A DNA stretch of 64,000 nt from positions 23,684,001 through 23,748,000 of the forward strand of contig CM126216.1 in assembly GCA_052327205.1 (NCBI GenBank). Reading direction: 5' to 3'. The stretch comes from Somniosus microcephalus (Eukaryota). A program made the translations under genes and the position numbers. Below, piece after piece: positions 37,843-50,265 of this stretch; the stretch's first letter is position 1; every line of letters starts with the position of its first letter. The notes below the pieces were generated by a model that saw only the letters and a list, made by a program, of their open reading frames with translations, was not told where the DNA came from and ran no database searches.

Positions 37843-38684
37843 GGGCTGGATTTTCATTAAGCTGTCGGGAAGGAGGCAGGACTACAACTTTCGGGTTTTA
37901 GTCCCGCCTCCATCGACGTACGGCCAATCGATGCGATTTTCCGTTGATTGACCTTGTTGAGCCCGCCCAGCGGGCTCAGCAGGCCAATTAAGGGCCACCC
38001 GGCAACAGGTGACGTCACAGACTGAAATTTCATCTGTCAAGAGTTTTTGACAGATGAAATATCAGTGTTTCACAGCTGTTTGAAGCTGTCAAACACTGAC
38101 AGTCTGACTTCTAACCTGAGTCCTTCTACGCAGACTCAGTTAGAACTTTCACCGGCACTGAAAGCTGAAGGCTGTCACTTTGGACAGATCGCAGCCGTTC
38201 AGCTTTCAGTTCCGGCTGAGTGATGGACTCCCGACGCCTAGAGGAAGAAAGGCTGTTAAGGTAAGTAAAACGTAAGTAAAACTTCTTTACACACTTTAGA
38301 CACACCAAACATACTTACCTTTGCACTCATGCACCCATCACTCACCTGAACACCGACATCGCGACCTCTCCAAGTACTTCAACCCGACGGCCCGCCTGCT
38401 CTAACCTGTCGTGGTTTGGAGCCGTCGGGAATCCCATACGACACCCCTCAAAATAGGGATTAGGCTAAAAACTGCCTGTTAACTACCTGTTAACAGGCGG
38501 TTAATTGGCACTAATCCCTTCCCGCCTCGGGTCGGTGGGTCCCAGTGCGGGGCCGGTACCCGCCTCCCTTGAAACTTACGTGGAGGCGGGTTTTGGGCGA
38601 GATGGTGTCGGGACCCCTGAATTCGGGATTTTTGCCCCCCGCACGCCTGAAAACCCGCCTCATGGCACACTGAAAATCTGGCCC
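37843..38684. mobile_element. Harbinger-type non-autonomous element (CCCGCC family)
   Basis: TIRs gggctggattttca / tgaaaatctggccc, flanks agt/att, repeated cccgcc/ggcggg. Confidence 0.82.
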
Positions 38685-38767
38685 ATTCTATATGGCCAGT
38701 AGGACTGTGTGACCAGGAGAACATATTGTATATGACCAGTAGGACTGTGTGACCAGGAGAACATATT

Positions 38768-39715
38768 GGGGGGAATTTTAACCTAAAAGATCGAGTGGGT
38801 TTGGAGCGTGGGGGGTTAAAAATCGGAATCCCGACCTGAACCCACCTCCAACATGCCCACTTTCAGTTTTCGGTTTTAGCAGAGGCGGGATGGGGGGGTT
38901 AGGGCAGGGGTCGGCAGCCAACCCGTTGCCAGAAGGCGGGATGTCAATTTAAATATTTTAATAATGCTGGAAACCTCTCCTTTAACCTCCATTTTGTTTT
39001 TAACTCGAGCTGGTCAGGTTTTACACACCTCATAAAACCCGGCAGTTACAGCAAGGCGAGGATTGCTGCATTCAGGAGATTACACCTACCTCCTGGATCC
39101 AGGGACCCTGGCTAACCCAGCCCCCATGAATGGAGGCTCCCCACAAGGCCTCTGATTGCCTTCCCTCCAACCCCCCACCAATGACCCTGAGGCCAGCCCC
39201 GATCCTCCGGTGGCTGACCCCAATCTTCTCTTCGCTCCCCTCCAACCCCACAATGTTGATCCTGAGGCCTGCTCCTATCTACTATTTCCTCCCCCAGTCC
39301 TCTGGAGGCTCCGATCATCCTTGTTCTCCTCTGCCCCCGCCTGCCAATCCTTTGGAAGCCCCAATCATTCTCCTCCCTCCTCGATCTTTCTTCTCCCCTC
39401 CGAAGGCTCTGATCATCCTTGTCCCCACACCCTCCGATCCTATGGAAGCCCTGAGCTTTCTCCTTCCCCTGACTTTTCCCTCCGGAGGCCCCTATCTTCC
39501 TCGTCCCTCCCCCGATCCTTTGCATGCCCCAATCTTCCTTCTCCCGCCCCTGCCACCCACCTCCCCCCGAAGGCCCCGATCTTCCTTGTCCGTTCCCCTC
39601 CCCTGATCCTCTGGAGGTTGGCACCTGCCCCCACCCGATCCCTCCCCTCCTCCTCTGTGTGGCCTAGTGTGGCATGGCTACCCGCCCGGAGCCAGCCAGC
39701 CTCTCAATCAAGCTA
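38768..39715. mobile_element. Left part of a further Harbinger-type element, with a degenerate C-rich internal repeat (39110-39650)
   Basis: att|ggggggaattttaacc terminus, ggcggg motifs, cctccgatcctctggaggcccc-like repeats; right TIR not found. Confidence 0.5.
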
Positions 39716-40223
39716 CCACCACCTTTTCAGGACGAGCATTCTAGATCCCGACAACTCTGAGTGAAAAAAATTCTCCTCGTCTCCCCTCTAGATCTTTTCC
39801 AATGATTTTGAATCTATGCCCTCTAGTTATTGACCCACTCACCAGAGGGAATACTTTTTCCCTATTTACTCTATCAAAACCTATCTTGAAGACCGCTATT
39901 AGGTCACCTCCTAACCTTCTCTGTTCCAAGGAGAACAGTCCTAACTTTTCCAACCTCTCCTCATAACTGAAGTCCCTCATCCCTGGTAACATCCCGGTAA
40001 ACCTCCTCTGTACCCATTCTAAGGCCTTTACATCTTTCCTGAAGTGTGGTGCCCAGAATTGTCCACAATACTGGGGCCTAACCACTGATTTATAAAGTTC
40101 TAGCATGATCTCTTTGCTTTTATATTCTAGTTCTCTATTTATAAACCCAAATAATCCATATGCTATTTTTAACCATCTTATCAACTTGTCCTGCTACTTT
40201 TAAGGATTTGTGTATATGGACAC

Positions 40224-43200
40224 TGTAGTGTATGTGCCTTTAAGAGCCCCATATGTGCTGTAATGCCGGTAATGGCCACTCAGGCTATATAAGCCTGTAT
40301 ATTGTGTTATATCCGTTAGTACCCCTCCAGACTTTGCTTAGTAAACACCTATGAACCAACTCCTGTCTTCAGTGTCTCTATCAACACACGGACACTACAG
40401 TGGCGACGAAGTGGAAACGGACTTAACTACAATTCGGCAGCACCTCAAGGACATCGATTCATCTGGCGTCCAGAAGAATCAAGAAGTGAAAGAAGCTGTT
40501 GTTTCACCAGCTGGCCAAGCTGGTGGCAGGTACTGCGGTAATCCTTCCTGGGCATCAGGCTGGGGCTCCAGCGGCTGGCTCTACAGCTGGGCCAAGCAGC
40601 AAAAGCGGAGGCAAGCAATAACAGACGGGGAGGGAGCACTCGGGAGACGGCCGCGGCTGCAAGCAGGTCGGCGTTCAGACCTACAGAGAGAGTCCGGCGG
40701 GAACGAGTCTCCAACTATAAATAAATAAATAAATAAATAAAAACGAACGGAAACCGCGGGAAACAGCGTTGTCATCGGCAGCAGCGGCGGGAAAGCGCGG
40801 GAAGCGCCATATCTTTTCTAAGATGCCTAATTCTGGCAATATTGATGCTTTTGATAACGAGATAGAGGATTGGACCACATATGTGGAAAGAGTGGAGGTA
40901 TATTGCACCGCAAATGGAATAGAAGATGAGAAAAAAGCTTCAGTACTTCTGGATCTAATGGGCGCAAAGACATACAAGCTGTTACGAAACTTAATCACTC
41001 CAGCCGAACCGATGGACAAGAATTTTAAGGAGATTGTTGATACCCTACACTGCCAATTCGAGGCAGGACTGGTAGATTCTCTGCGAGACAAATTCGTCTG
41101 CGGTCCCCTAAGTGTAGAAACACAAAAAAAACTATTTTCTGAGAAAGATTTAACACTGGACAAGGCTTTCAGTGCAAGAGGAGCTGCAGAGATACAACAA
41201 AGGCCACAGGACTTCGGCACCCATGAAATGACACGGGGTTTCGAGAGATGCTATCGCTGCGGCAGATCCACCCATGACCAGAGGGACTGCTGGTTCAAGG
41301 ACAAAGCATGCAGGCAATGCCGAAAGATGGGACACATTCCACGTGTGTGCCGATCTGGAAACAAAAAATCCACTAACAGAAAAAGAATCAATAATGAAAA
41401 GCACAGAAGACCAGAAGAGCGATAGCGACTCCGGGAACAAGAGACTAAGCTCTCTCAAATTACATAATGTAATTGCCAAAGAAGATTACCAGACCATTTG
41501 GGTTACCCTCACAATAGCAGGGTCCCCAGTTAAAATGGAGCTAGATACAGGATCAGCTCTGACCATCATAAATCGATGGGATTACGAGCGGCTATTTCCG
41601 CATATACCTTTAAAAGACACATCCATTTTCTTGAAAACATATACGGGGCAGAAAGTATACCCCAAAGGAAAAATAAGGGTGCCTATTGTATACAACGGCA
41701 AGGAAATACAGAAGTTGTATTTATACGTTCTACAAGATGAAGGTCCACCGCTGTTGGGACATGAATGGATCAGGAAAATACGTTTAGACTGGCACTCCAT
41801 TCAGGCACTGACGGTGACCAGTAAGAAAAAAAATGATGATGATGTCATACCTGAACGATTAAAAGACATCTTGGCCAACGCCAAGGAAGTGTTTCAAGAG
41901 AAACTAGGAACCTTGAAAGGCATCACCGCCTCAATAAAAGTGGAAGATGCAGCAATTCCCAAGTTTTTTAAGGCAAGACCGGTGCCATACGCAATTCGTC
42001 CAGTAGTCGAGGCAGAGCTGGAGAATTTGGAAAAGGCAGGCGTATTATCTAAAATAGATTGGAGCGAGTGGACAACACCCATCGTTCCAGTCATGAAGAA
42101 AGCATTGAAGAATGATAAATCTGAAGAACAGAGAAAAATTTGCATCTGTGGAGACTTCAAGGTGACTGTAAACCCGGTCCTTCACACAGTACAGTATCCT
42201 CTTCCGAGGATCGAAGATATTTTCGCCTCACTATCCGGAGGGAAACGTTTCACCAAAATTGACTTGGCACAGGCATATCTACAGATGGAGGTCGAAGAAG
42301 CCTCTAAAAAATATCTCACGATAAATACACACAAAGGTCTGTACCAGTACAATCGACTGGTTTTCGGAGTAGCATCCGCTCCAGCTATCTGGCAAAGAGC
42401 TATGGAGCAAGTCCTCCAAGGGATTCCGGGGACTCAATGCTACCTAGACGACATCCTTGTAACAGGAGAAAACGACAACGAGCACCTTGCCAATTTAGAG
42501 CAGGTGCTCACTAGGCTAAGAGAACGGGGCCTACGAGCAAATCGCCCCAAGTGCGAATTTTTCCGAAATCAAATATCATATTGTGGCCACATAATAGATA
42601 AGGAAGGGTTGCATAAGTCACCTGAAAAAATTGAAGCGGTCATAAAAGCCCCAGCACCTGAAAATGTTTCACAATTAAGGTCGTTCCTGGGATTAATAAA
42701 TTACTATCATAAATTTTTACCGAACTTATCAACTCTTCTACACCCTCTTAATGAACTGCTACAAGCAGGAGTAATTTGGAAATGGAACGAAGACTGCAAA
42801 CGTGCCTTCCATAAATGCAAAGACTTAATCACATCCAAAGAAGTTTTGGCTCATTACAACCCATCACTGCCAATCAGACTGGCGTGCGATGCATCCCCTT
42901 ACGGCATAGGAGCAGTATTATCGCATAAATTCCCTGATGGCTCGGAACGGCCGACAGCTTTTGCGTCACGCTCATTGAACTCAGCTGAGCGTAACTATGC
43001 CCAAATCGACAGGGCACTCAGCCTGGTATGGGGAGTGAAGAAATTCAACCATTACCTACACGGACAAAAATTTACCTTGTTGACTGACCATCAACCCCTC
43101 ATCTCCATATTCAACCCTAAAAAGGGTGTTCCCATTATGACAGCGCAAAGGCTACAGAGGTGGTCCCTTTTTCTAGGGGCACACCAATACAACATAGAAT

Positions 43201-44898
43201 ACAAAGGATCAAAACAGCATGGGAATGCTGACGGTTTATCGCGCCTACCGTTGCCAACGGTAGAAGAGGCACCTACAGTAGACCCAGTGGAGATGTTCCA
43301 CTCTACCATAGTGGAATGTCTACCAATAACAAATTCTGCCATTGAAAGGGAAACGAGAAATGACCCGACTCTCTCACGGGTCTACGATTTAACAGTGAAG
43401 GGATGGCCAGCACATGGCGAACCACTGTTGCCAGCATTCTCGCAAAGAAGAGAACAGCTGTCAGTGTGCCGAGGAACCTTGATGTGTGGATCCAGAGTGG
43501 TGATTCCACCCAAACTCCAGGATAAAGTGCTAAAGGAGCTTCACGAGGGGCATCTGGGTGGAGTGAAAATGAAGAACCTAGCTAGGGCGTTTGTATGGTG
43601 GCCAGTTATCGATGGAGACATCGAAGAAATGACCAAGAGCTGCCTAGGATGCCAGAAGGTCCAAAACACTCCACCACAAGCCCCTCTACATCCATGGGAG
43701 TGGCCCTCATCTCCCTGGCAAAGGGTACACATCGATTTTGCTGGTCCATTTATGGACTCAATGTTCTTAATCGCGGTTGATGCACACTCCAAGTGGCCGG
43801 AGGTAATAAAGATGTCCTCCACCACCACGGAAAAAACCATCACAGTATTAAGGACCATATTTGCCAGGAATGGGCTGCCGGAACAGATCTGTTCTGATAA
43901 TGGACCGCAATTTGTGTCCGAAGAATTCAGGAAGTTCTTAAAAAACAATGGGGTTAAGCACTACACGTCCACCCATACCATCCCGCCACCAATGGATTGG
44001 CTGAAAGGTTTGTCCAAACCTTCAAGAAGGCCATAAAGGCCATGGGTAATGAAGACATAAAACTTCAGCACAAGGTGGATAACTTCTTGTTCGCATACAG
44101 GAATGCAACACATATGGTTACCAACCAAACTCCCGCCATGATGTTCTTCAATAGAAACCTAAGATGCTGGCTGGATTTGGTCAAGCCCAACATCAGAAGG
44201 GACGTGGAGAACCGGCAGTTTCAAGGCATGAATGAAAGGCCAACTAGAACCTTCCAGATAGGTCAACAAGTTTTGGCCCGGGACTACCGTACCAAGAAAT
44301 GGCAGCCTGGAACTATCTGCACACGACTAGGACCACTGATGTATACCGTGGACATCGGAGAAAGCATAATAAGGCGCCATGCTGACCAAATCATAGAGTC
44401 ATCCGAAAAGGGTCAACCTACACCACAACTCTATACGCCGAACGATGAAGTAGAGATACCCATATCTACCTCCGATCCGGTGATACTGGAACCCGATGAA
44501 CCCGACACTGGCATTCAAGCCGAATCAGCCTTGCCAAAAGAACCTACTACACCACCAGAAACTACTACACCACCGAGGTGTTATCCGGACCGAGTCAGGA
44601 AGCCTCCAGAGAGACTGACTTATAATTAATTAACTACAGCAATGTGTATATTATTTTTCTTATAACATGTAATTAATAATTACTTAAAATATGATGTACT
44701 GGTTAGCTAAAAGGGGAGGAATTGTAGTGTATGTGCTTTTAAGAGCCCCATATGTGCTGTAATGCCGGTAATGGCCACTCGGGCTATATAAGCCTGTATA
44801 TTGTGTTATATCCGTTAGTACCCCTCCAGACTTTGCTTAGTAAACACCTATGAACCAACTCCTGTCTTCAGTGTCTCTATCAACACACGGACACTACA
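40224..44898 (+). mobile_element. Ty3/Gypsy LTR retrotransposon G2
   Basis: 176-bp LTRs at 40224-40399 and 44723-44898 (2 mismatches), TG...CA ends, TSD GACAC, PBS tggcgacga, PPT aaaaggggaggaa. Confidence 0.95.
40823..44629 (+). pseudogene. G2 gag-pol (shortened gag; frameshifts near 41400 and 43970)
   Basis: CCHC knuckles, LDTGS protease, YLDD RT, CDASPYG RNaseH, HIDFAGP and SDNGPQF integrase motifs, in PR-RT-RH-IN order. Confidence 0.9.
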
Positions 44899-44906
44899 GA
44901 CACCAA

Positions 44907-45596
44907 GGCCTAGAAATTCAGTGGCCTGCGCCACCAGTTTGCGCCTAAAGAGGGCTTTTGCGCCACTGTGCAAACCTACCGCGATATTTAGCGGGGCGCT
45001 AATGGCGGCATTAGCCATTAGCGCTGCGCCGCCACCGATGACATCATCGGTGTGCGCAGCGCCCCGCTATCGCCCCGCTGGCCATATTTGGTTGCTGCCG
45101 CCTCCCCCGCGCCGGCCGCAAACAGCGACCGGTACACGGGGCCTACCTGTGCCGGTAGTGGGGCGAGTTAAGGTGGAGGTGTGGCCGGCCGCTTTTTCGG
45201 CGGCCGCCTGCCCGCACCTTCTTCCCCGGCCTCCTACACCCCCCCCCCCGCGGCATTGCCGGCTGTTTCCAGAGAGCCCGGCACTTCTCCTTGGTGCCGA
45301 GCTCATTTGCCGGCACTCGCGAGCGGGGATCGCGCTGTTGCAGGCACCTCCCCCTTAAGAATGAGAGGAAGGCCTGCAGTACCGCAGGCTGCCGTGCCGC
45401 AGCGGGTGGCGATGCGGCACTTTACACGCCGATATTCAGTTTCAGCGCCCCAAGCGGGGCGCCGAAACCCTTGTTTAGCGGCCGGCTTCCACTTGGGGCG
45501 CTGAAACTGAATTTCCCGCTGGCGCAAGTGGCTCCGCGCGCAGCGGTAATTCCGGCGCCCAGGCGAGCTTGGCGCCCCCAACAGAATTTCTAGCCC
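44907..45596. mobile_element. Harbinger MITE (GGCCTAGAAATT family), second copy
   Basis: TIRs ggcctagaaatt / aatttctagccc, TSD CAA/CAA. Confidence 0.88.
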
Positions 45597-46365
45597 CAAG
45601 TCTCTCTGCTCATCTACACTTTTCAGAACCTTGCCATTTCTAGCCCACTGTCTTTCCATATTACTACTCTGTGACTCTATCCTCCCAAAGTGCATCACTT
45701 TACACTTCCCGCATTGAACTTCATCTGTCATGCTTCTGCCCATTTCACCATTCTGTCTGTCATCCTGAAGCCTATAACTATCCTCATCATGATCTACTAC
45801 TTTGCCAAGTTTTGTATCATCTACAAACTTTGGCCACGATTTTCCCGGGGCCGTCGGGCGGGGTTTCAGGCAGACGGGGGCTGAAATTTTTTTTTTTGCA
45901 GAAATAGGGGGTTGCGACCCCCCCCGCCCGATTCCCCGCCCCGCCCGACTTTTGACCCGTCTTTCAGTGGGACCCGAATCAGTCCCACCCGCCACAGGCG
46001 GGAATGGTCGGCGGGAGCCTAATGACAAATAATTGGCACGTTTAATCCTATTTTCAGGGGCCCTTGGAATTTTCAGTCTTTCCCCACATAAAACACGCCA
46101 GGTGGAACACCGCTGATGAAACCTGACGTGAACAATGTCGGCTTGCTTGCTTTCAGCTGCAGGTCAATCAGGACTGAAGAGATTTAATTAGCCAGCATTT
46201 GTAGGCTGCAGGACCTTGTTGCTGAAGGCTTGGGGCAACTTGTTGAAGGCTTAGGTACAGCTGTGGAAGGTTGGAGCCTCACACACTTCTCCAGTGTGAG
46301 CTCCTGGGAAGCCCCTCTCACCACCCTAACTCAGCGCCTCCTCAACGGAGGCATCTGCCAGAAGC

Positions 46366-47676
46366 ATGGGAGGCCTTTTGTTCCTTCCCTTCTTGGCATT
46401 AGAGGATCTCCAACAGCATAGGAGGCTGCATCAGATCCAGCAACAACAGCAGATCTAGCAGCAACAGCAGATCCAGCAACAGCAGCAGCACCAGCAACAG
46501 CAGCAGCACCAGCAGGAGCGACAGGCTGCGGCTCAGCCACCTGAGGCAGCACAGGCTAGAAGGGGCCAGCGCATGGAAGGCCGTCGGCGCAGGAGATACC
46601 CCCCAATCAGGGTCTACAGACACAGGGTCAGCTACCTCAACATGACTGAGCAGCAGTGCCAGAGGCAGCTCCGACTTTCGCGAGAGGTAATGACTGACAT
46701 CTGTGCAATGCTGCAGCAAGACCTGGAGCCCAGAGGACCAGGTCGACACTCCTTACCAGTGGCCATCAAAGTCACCACCGCACTCAACTTTTATGCCTCA
46801 GGCTCCTTCCAGGGATCAGCAGCAGACATCAGCGGCATCTCCCAGGCGGCCGCACACACTTGCATCACGCAGGTAACCGATGCCCTCTTTGCCCTCGCGC
46901 ACAATCACATCCATTTCACCCGGGATTGCGCAAGTGTGAGGGCGTGAGCGATTGGATTAGCTCAGCTGGCAGACTTTCCAAGGGTGCAGGACATCATTGA
47001 CTGCACACATGTGGCCCTTAGGGCACCCCACCGCAATCCAGGAGTTTTTGTCAACCGCAAGGGCTTCCACTCCCTTAACATTCAGCTGGTGTGTGACCAC
47101 AAGAAGGTGATTTTGCATGTTTGTGCCAAGTACCCTGGCAGCTGCCATGACTCCTTCATACTGCGCCAGTCTATTGTGCCTCCGCTATTCAGTCCGCCAA
47201 ATGAACTTCGGGGATGGCTACTTGGAGACAAGGGATATCCCCTGCGCTCCTGGCTAATGACGCCATTGAGGAGACCAGCCAATGAGGCTGAGGAGCGCTA
47301 CAACTCCAGCCACATTTCCACCAGATGCATTATCGAGCAAGCCATCGGACTGCTGAAGATGCGCTTCAGATGCCTCGATAGATCAGGGGGAGCCCTACAG
47401 TACTCATCAGCCAGGGTCTCCAAAATCGTTATGGTATGCTGTGTGCTGCACAACATGGCACAGCGTCGTGCCTTGCCGATTCCGCAGGACCAAGAGGCTC
47501 CTCACAGAGCCTCCTCGGATGAGGATGATCCTGAGGATGATGCTGAGGAGGAGGAGGAGGAGGAGGAGGACGGGAATGAGCATCCTGCAGTGGGCCGCCA
47601 ACCAGCGGCATCAGTGCGCGAGAACATTGCTGGGTGAAATGCAAGGAACACACTCATCCTAGGCAGATTTACCTAG
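46366..47676 (+). pseudogene. H2 HARBI1-like transposase, single frame with three internal stops (46456, 46945, 47635)
   Basis: MGGLL-polyQ N-terminus, [44 protein letters not shown], acidic tail, ...LILGRFT*. Confidence 0.9.
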
Positions 47677-48382
47677 CCTGGTACATCAAACACTGCAGCC
47701 TCACTGCTTCTTAACTGACAATGGACATTGGCCCATGCCTGCGCATTTCTACCTATTTGACCAGCTTGCTTACATCTGCAAGTTATCCTAAGGCCTCAAT
47801 GTGATATCCCCATTCGTCAAATGACAGACGCCATAACTGCTGCAGCTGCCACCAGATTTTTTATGCCCAAGAAAGTGATGGCATTAAATATATTTACAAG
47901 ACTTTTCACCCAAGTGATTAGTGGTGCTTCATTTTTCTCTTACGCGTGCTCCTACGTAGTGCTACCCCTGTGGCTTCAGCAGATGTGGAGGCCCCTTGCT
48001 CACTTTCCTGCTGCGCCTGTCTCAACACCTTTGGCGGGCGTCCTCTGGGGTGGCGAGCCTGTGAGGGCTCGCCAGCAGTCTGCTGCTCCTGCGGCTGTGC
48101 AGGGCTTGAGACTCTTATCTCACTGGGGTGTCGACTCCGGCGGGGCTCTGACCGAGGGCTCTGCAGTGGCATGGAAGTGTGAGCGCGTGGAGAGAAGCCC
48201 CCACTTCCTTGAGGTGTGCCAACAACCTCCCTCTCATGGGTCAGCTCCCCCTCAGCGCCTGCAATTGGCTGGAGAGCACCTTGCTGCACATCGGGGGGCC
48301 ATGGGGACCCATCTCTGTACTGGAAGTCCTGATCAGAGGGACTTCCATGAAGGTCTGGTCTCGGTGCTCAATAGATGCCCAT

Positions 48383-49048
48383 CAGTTCCAGGGAGCAGCG
48401 GCAGCAGAGAGGAGGTGAGCCCGGTATAAAAACCGGCACGAAGACCGAGGCCCGACCAGTTCCAGGGAGCAGCGGCAGCAGAGAGGAGGTGAGCCCGGTA
48501 TAAAAACCGGCGCGAAGACCGAGGCCCGACCAGTTCCAGGGAGCAGCGGCAGCAGAGAGGAGGTGAGCCCGGTATAAAACCCGGCGCGAAGACCGAGGCC
48601 CGACCAGTTCCAGGGAGCAGCGGCAGCAGAGAGGAGGTGAGCCCGGTATAAAAACCGGCGTGAAGACCGAGGCCCGACCAGTTCCAGGGAGCAGCGGCAG
48701 CAGAGAGGAGGTGAGCCCGGTATAAAAACCGGCGCGAAGACCGAGGCCCGACCAGTTCCAGGGAGCAGCGGCAGCAGAGAGGAGGTGAGCCCGGTATAAA
48801 AACCGGCGCGAAGACCGAGGCCCGACCAGTTCCAGGGAGCAGCGGCAGCAGAGAGGAGCTGAGCCCGGTATAAACCCGGCGCGAAGACCGAGGCCCGACC
48901 AGTTCCAGGGAGCAGCGGCAGCAGAGAGGAGGTGAGCCCGGTATAAACCCGACGCGAAGACCGAGGCCCGACCAGTTCCAGGGAACAGCGGAAGCAGAGA
49001 GGAGGTGAGCCCGGTATAAAAACCGGCGCGAAGACCGAGGCCCGACCA
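48383..49048 (+). repeat. 74-bp 5' monomer array of the CR1 (9 copies)
   Basis: Unit ccagttccagggagcagcggcagcagagaggaggtgagcccggtataaaaaccggcgcgaagaccgaggcccga. Confidence 0.93.
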
Positions 49049-49088
49049 AATCAACAGCAGAGGAGAGAGGTAAAAAGTAATCAGAGTG

Positions 49089-49119
49089 TGACGTCACCAG
49101 GGAGCAGGTAAGTGATTGG
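49089..49119 (+). promoter_or_regulatory. CRE (TGACGTCA), consensus splice donor CAG|GTAAGT and reverse CCAAT in the CR1 5' UTR
   Basis: Motifs at 49089-49096, 49105-49113 and 49115-49119; function inferred only. Confidence 0.45.
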
Positions 49120-49279
49120 TTGGTGAGTATTTCTCTCTTTTCAATACAAGCTTGACTTCTGTGGTGTTAAATTTCTAGGGTCTCTGGTGTAGTGGGGACA
49201 GTTGGTAAATAAAGCGCCCTAGAGTATACCTGTAACTGGGGTATTGAATAAATTTTTTAATTAATTAAAGGAGTAAGTC

Positions 49280-50218
49280 ATGGCAGGAGAGCTCAGACCC
49301 GTGTTCTGCTCCTCTTGCTCCATGTGGGAAATCAGGGACGCTGCCAGTGTCCCTGACGACCATGTATGCGGGAAATGCATCCAGCTGCAGCTACTTGTAG
49401 ACCACATTGCGGCGCTCGAGCTGCGGGTGGATGAATTTTGGAGCATGCGCGATGCTGAGAGGGTCGTGGATAGCACGTTTAGCGAGTTGTTCACGCCTCA
49501 GGGTAGGGCTGCACAGGGGGTGACCATCAGGCGGAGCAACAGAGGCAGGCAGGAAGTGCAGGGAACCCCTGCGGACATCCCCCTTTCAAACAAGTATACC
49601 AAGTTAGATACTGTTGAGGGGGATGACTCACCAGGGGAAGGCAGCAGCAGCCAGCTTCCTGGCACCAGGGACGCTTCTGCTGCTCAGAAAGGGAGGAAAA
49701 AGAGTGGGAGAGCAATAGTGGTAGGGGATTCTATCGTAAGGGGAACAGATAGGCATTTCTGTGGCCGCAAACGTGACTCCAGGATGGTTTGTTGCCTCCC
49801 TGGGGCCAGGGTCTGGGATGTCACTGAGCGGCTACAGGGCATTCTTAAGGGGGAGGGTGAGCAGGCAGAGGTCGTGGTCCACATTGGGACCAACGACATA
49901 GGAAGGAAGGGGGATGAGGTCCTGCATCAAGAATTTAGGGAGCTAGGTAACAGATTAAAGAGCAGGACCTCAAAGGTTGTAATCTCTGGATTACTCCCAG
50001 TGCCACGTGCTAGTAAGTATAGGAATGGGAGGATAGAGCAGATGAATGCGTGGCTAAAGAGTTGGTGTAGGGGGGAGGGTTTTACTTTCCTGGATCACTG
50101 GGCCTGCTTCTGGGAAAGGTGGGACTTGTACAAGTCGGACGGGTTGCACCTGAACCAGAGCGGGACAAATATCCTTGTGGGGAGGTTTGCTAGCACTGTT
50201 GGGGGGGGTTTAAACTAA
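49280..50218 (+). CDS. CR1 ORF1p (zinc finger, leucine zipper, SGNH esterase)
   Basis: CSSC...CGKC, heptad segment, VGDSIVR, HIGTND, DGLHL; uninterrupted 312 aa. Confidence 0.92.
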   Translation: MAGELRPVFCSSCSMWEIRDAASVPDDHVCGKCIQLQLLVDHIAALELRVDEFWSMRDAERVVDSTFSELFTPQGRAAQGVTIRRSNRGRQEVQGTPADIPLSNKYTKLDTVEGDDSPGEGSSSQLPGTRDASAAQKGRKKSGRAIVVGDSIVRGTDRHFCGRKRDSRMVCCLPGARVWDVTERLQGILKGEGEQAEVVVHIGTNDIGRKGDEVLHQEFRELGNRLKSRTSKVVISGLLPVPRASKYRNGRIEQMNAWLKSWCRGEGFTFLDHWACFWERWDLYKSDGLHLNQSGTNILVGRFASTVGGGLN

Positions 50219-50265
50219 CTTGGCAGGGGGATGGGATACAGAGGGGAGCTGAAATAGGGGGTGAT

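Larger units (their letters stand above)
33092..38767. repeat. About 22-bp tgtgtgaccagtagg(t)catat array broken into four pieces (33092-33139, 36550-36628, 37794-37842, 38685-38767)
   Basis: The same unit occurs on both sides of G1 and of the adjacent MITEs. Confidence 0.85.

Noticed and set aside
39112-39764. Pro-rich and Gly-rich ORFs on both strands
   Set aside because: Arise from a low-complexity C-rich repeat.
48333-49097. Long repetitive minus-strand ORFs (254 and 228 aa)
   Set aside because: By-products of the GC-rich 74-bp array.
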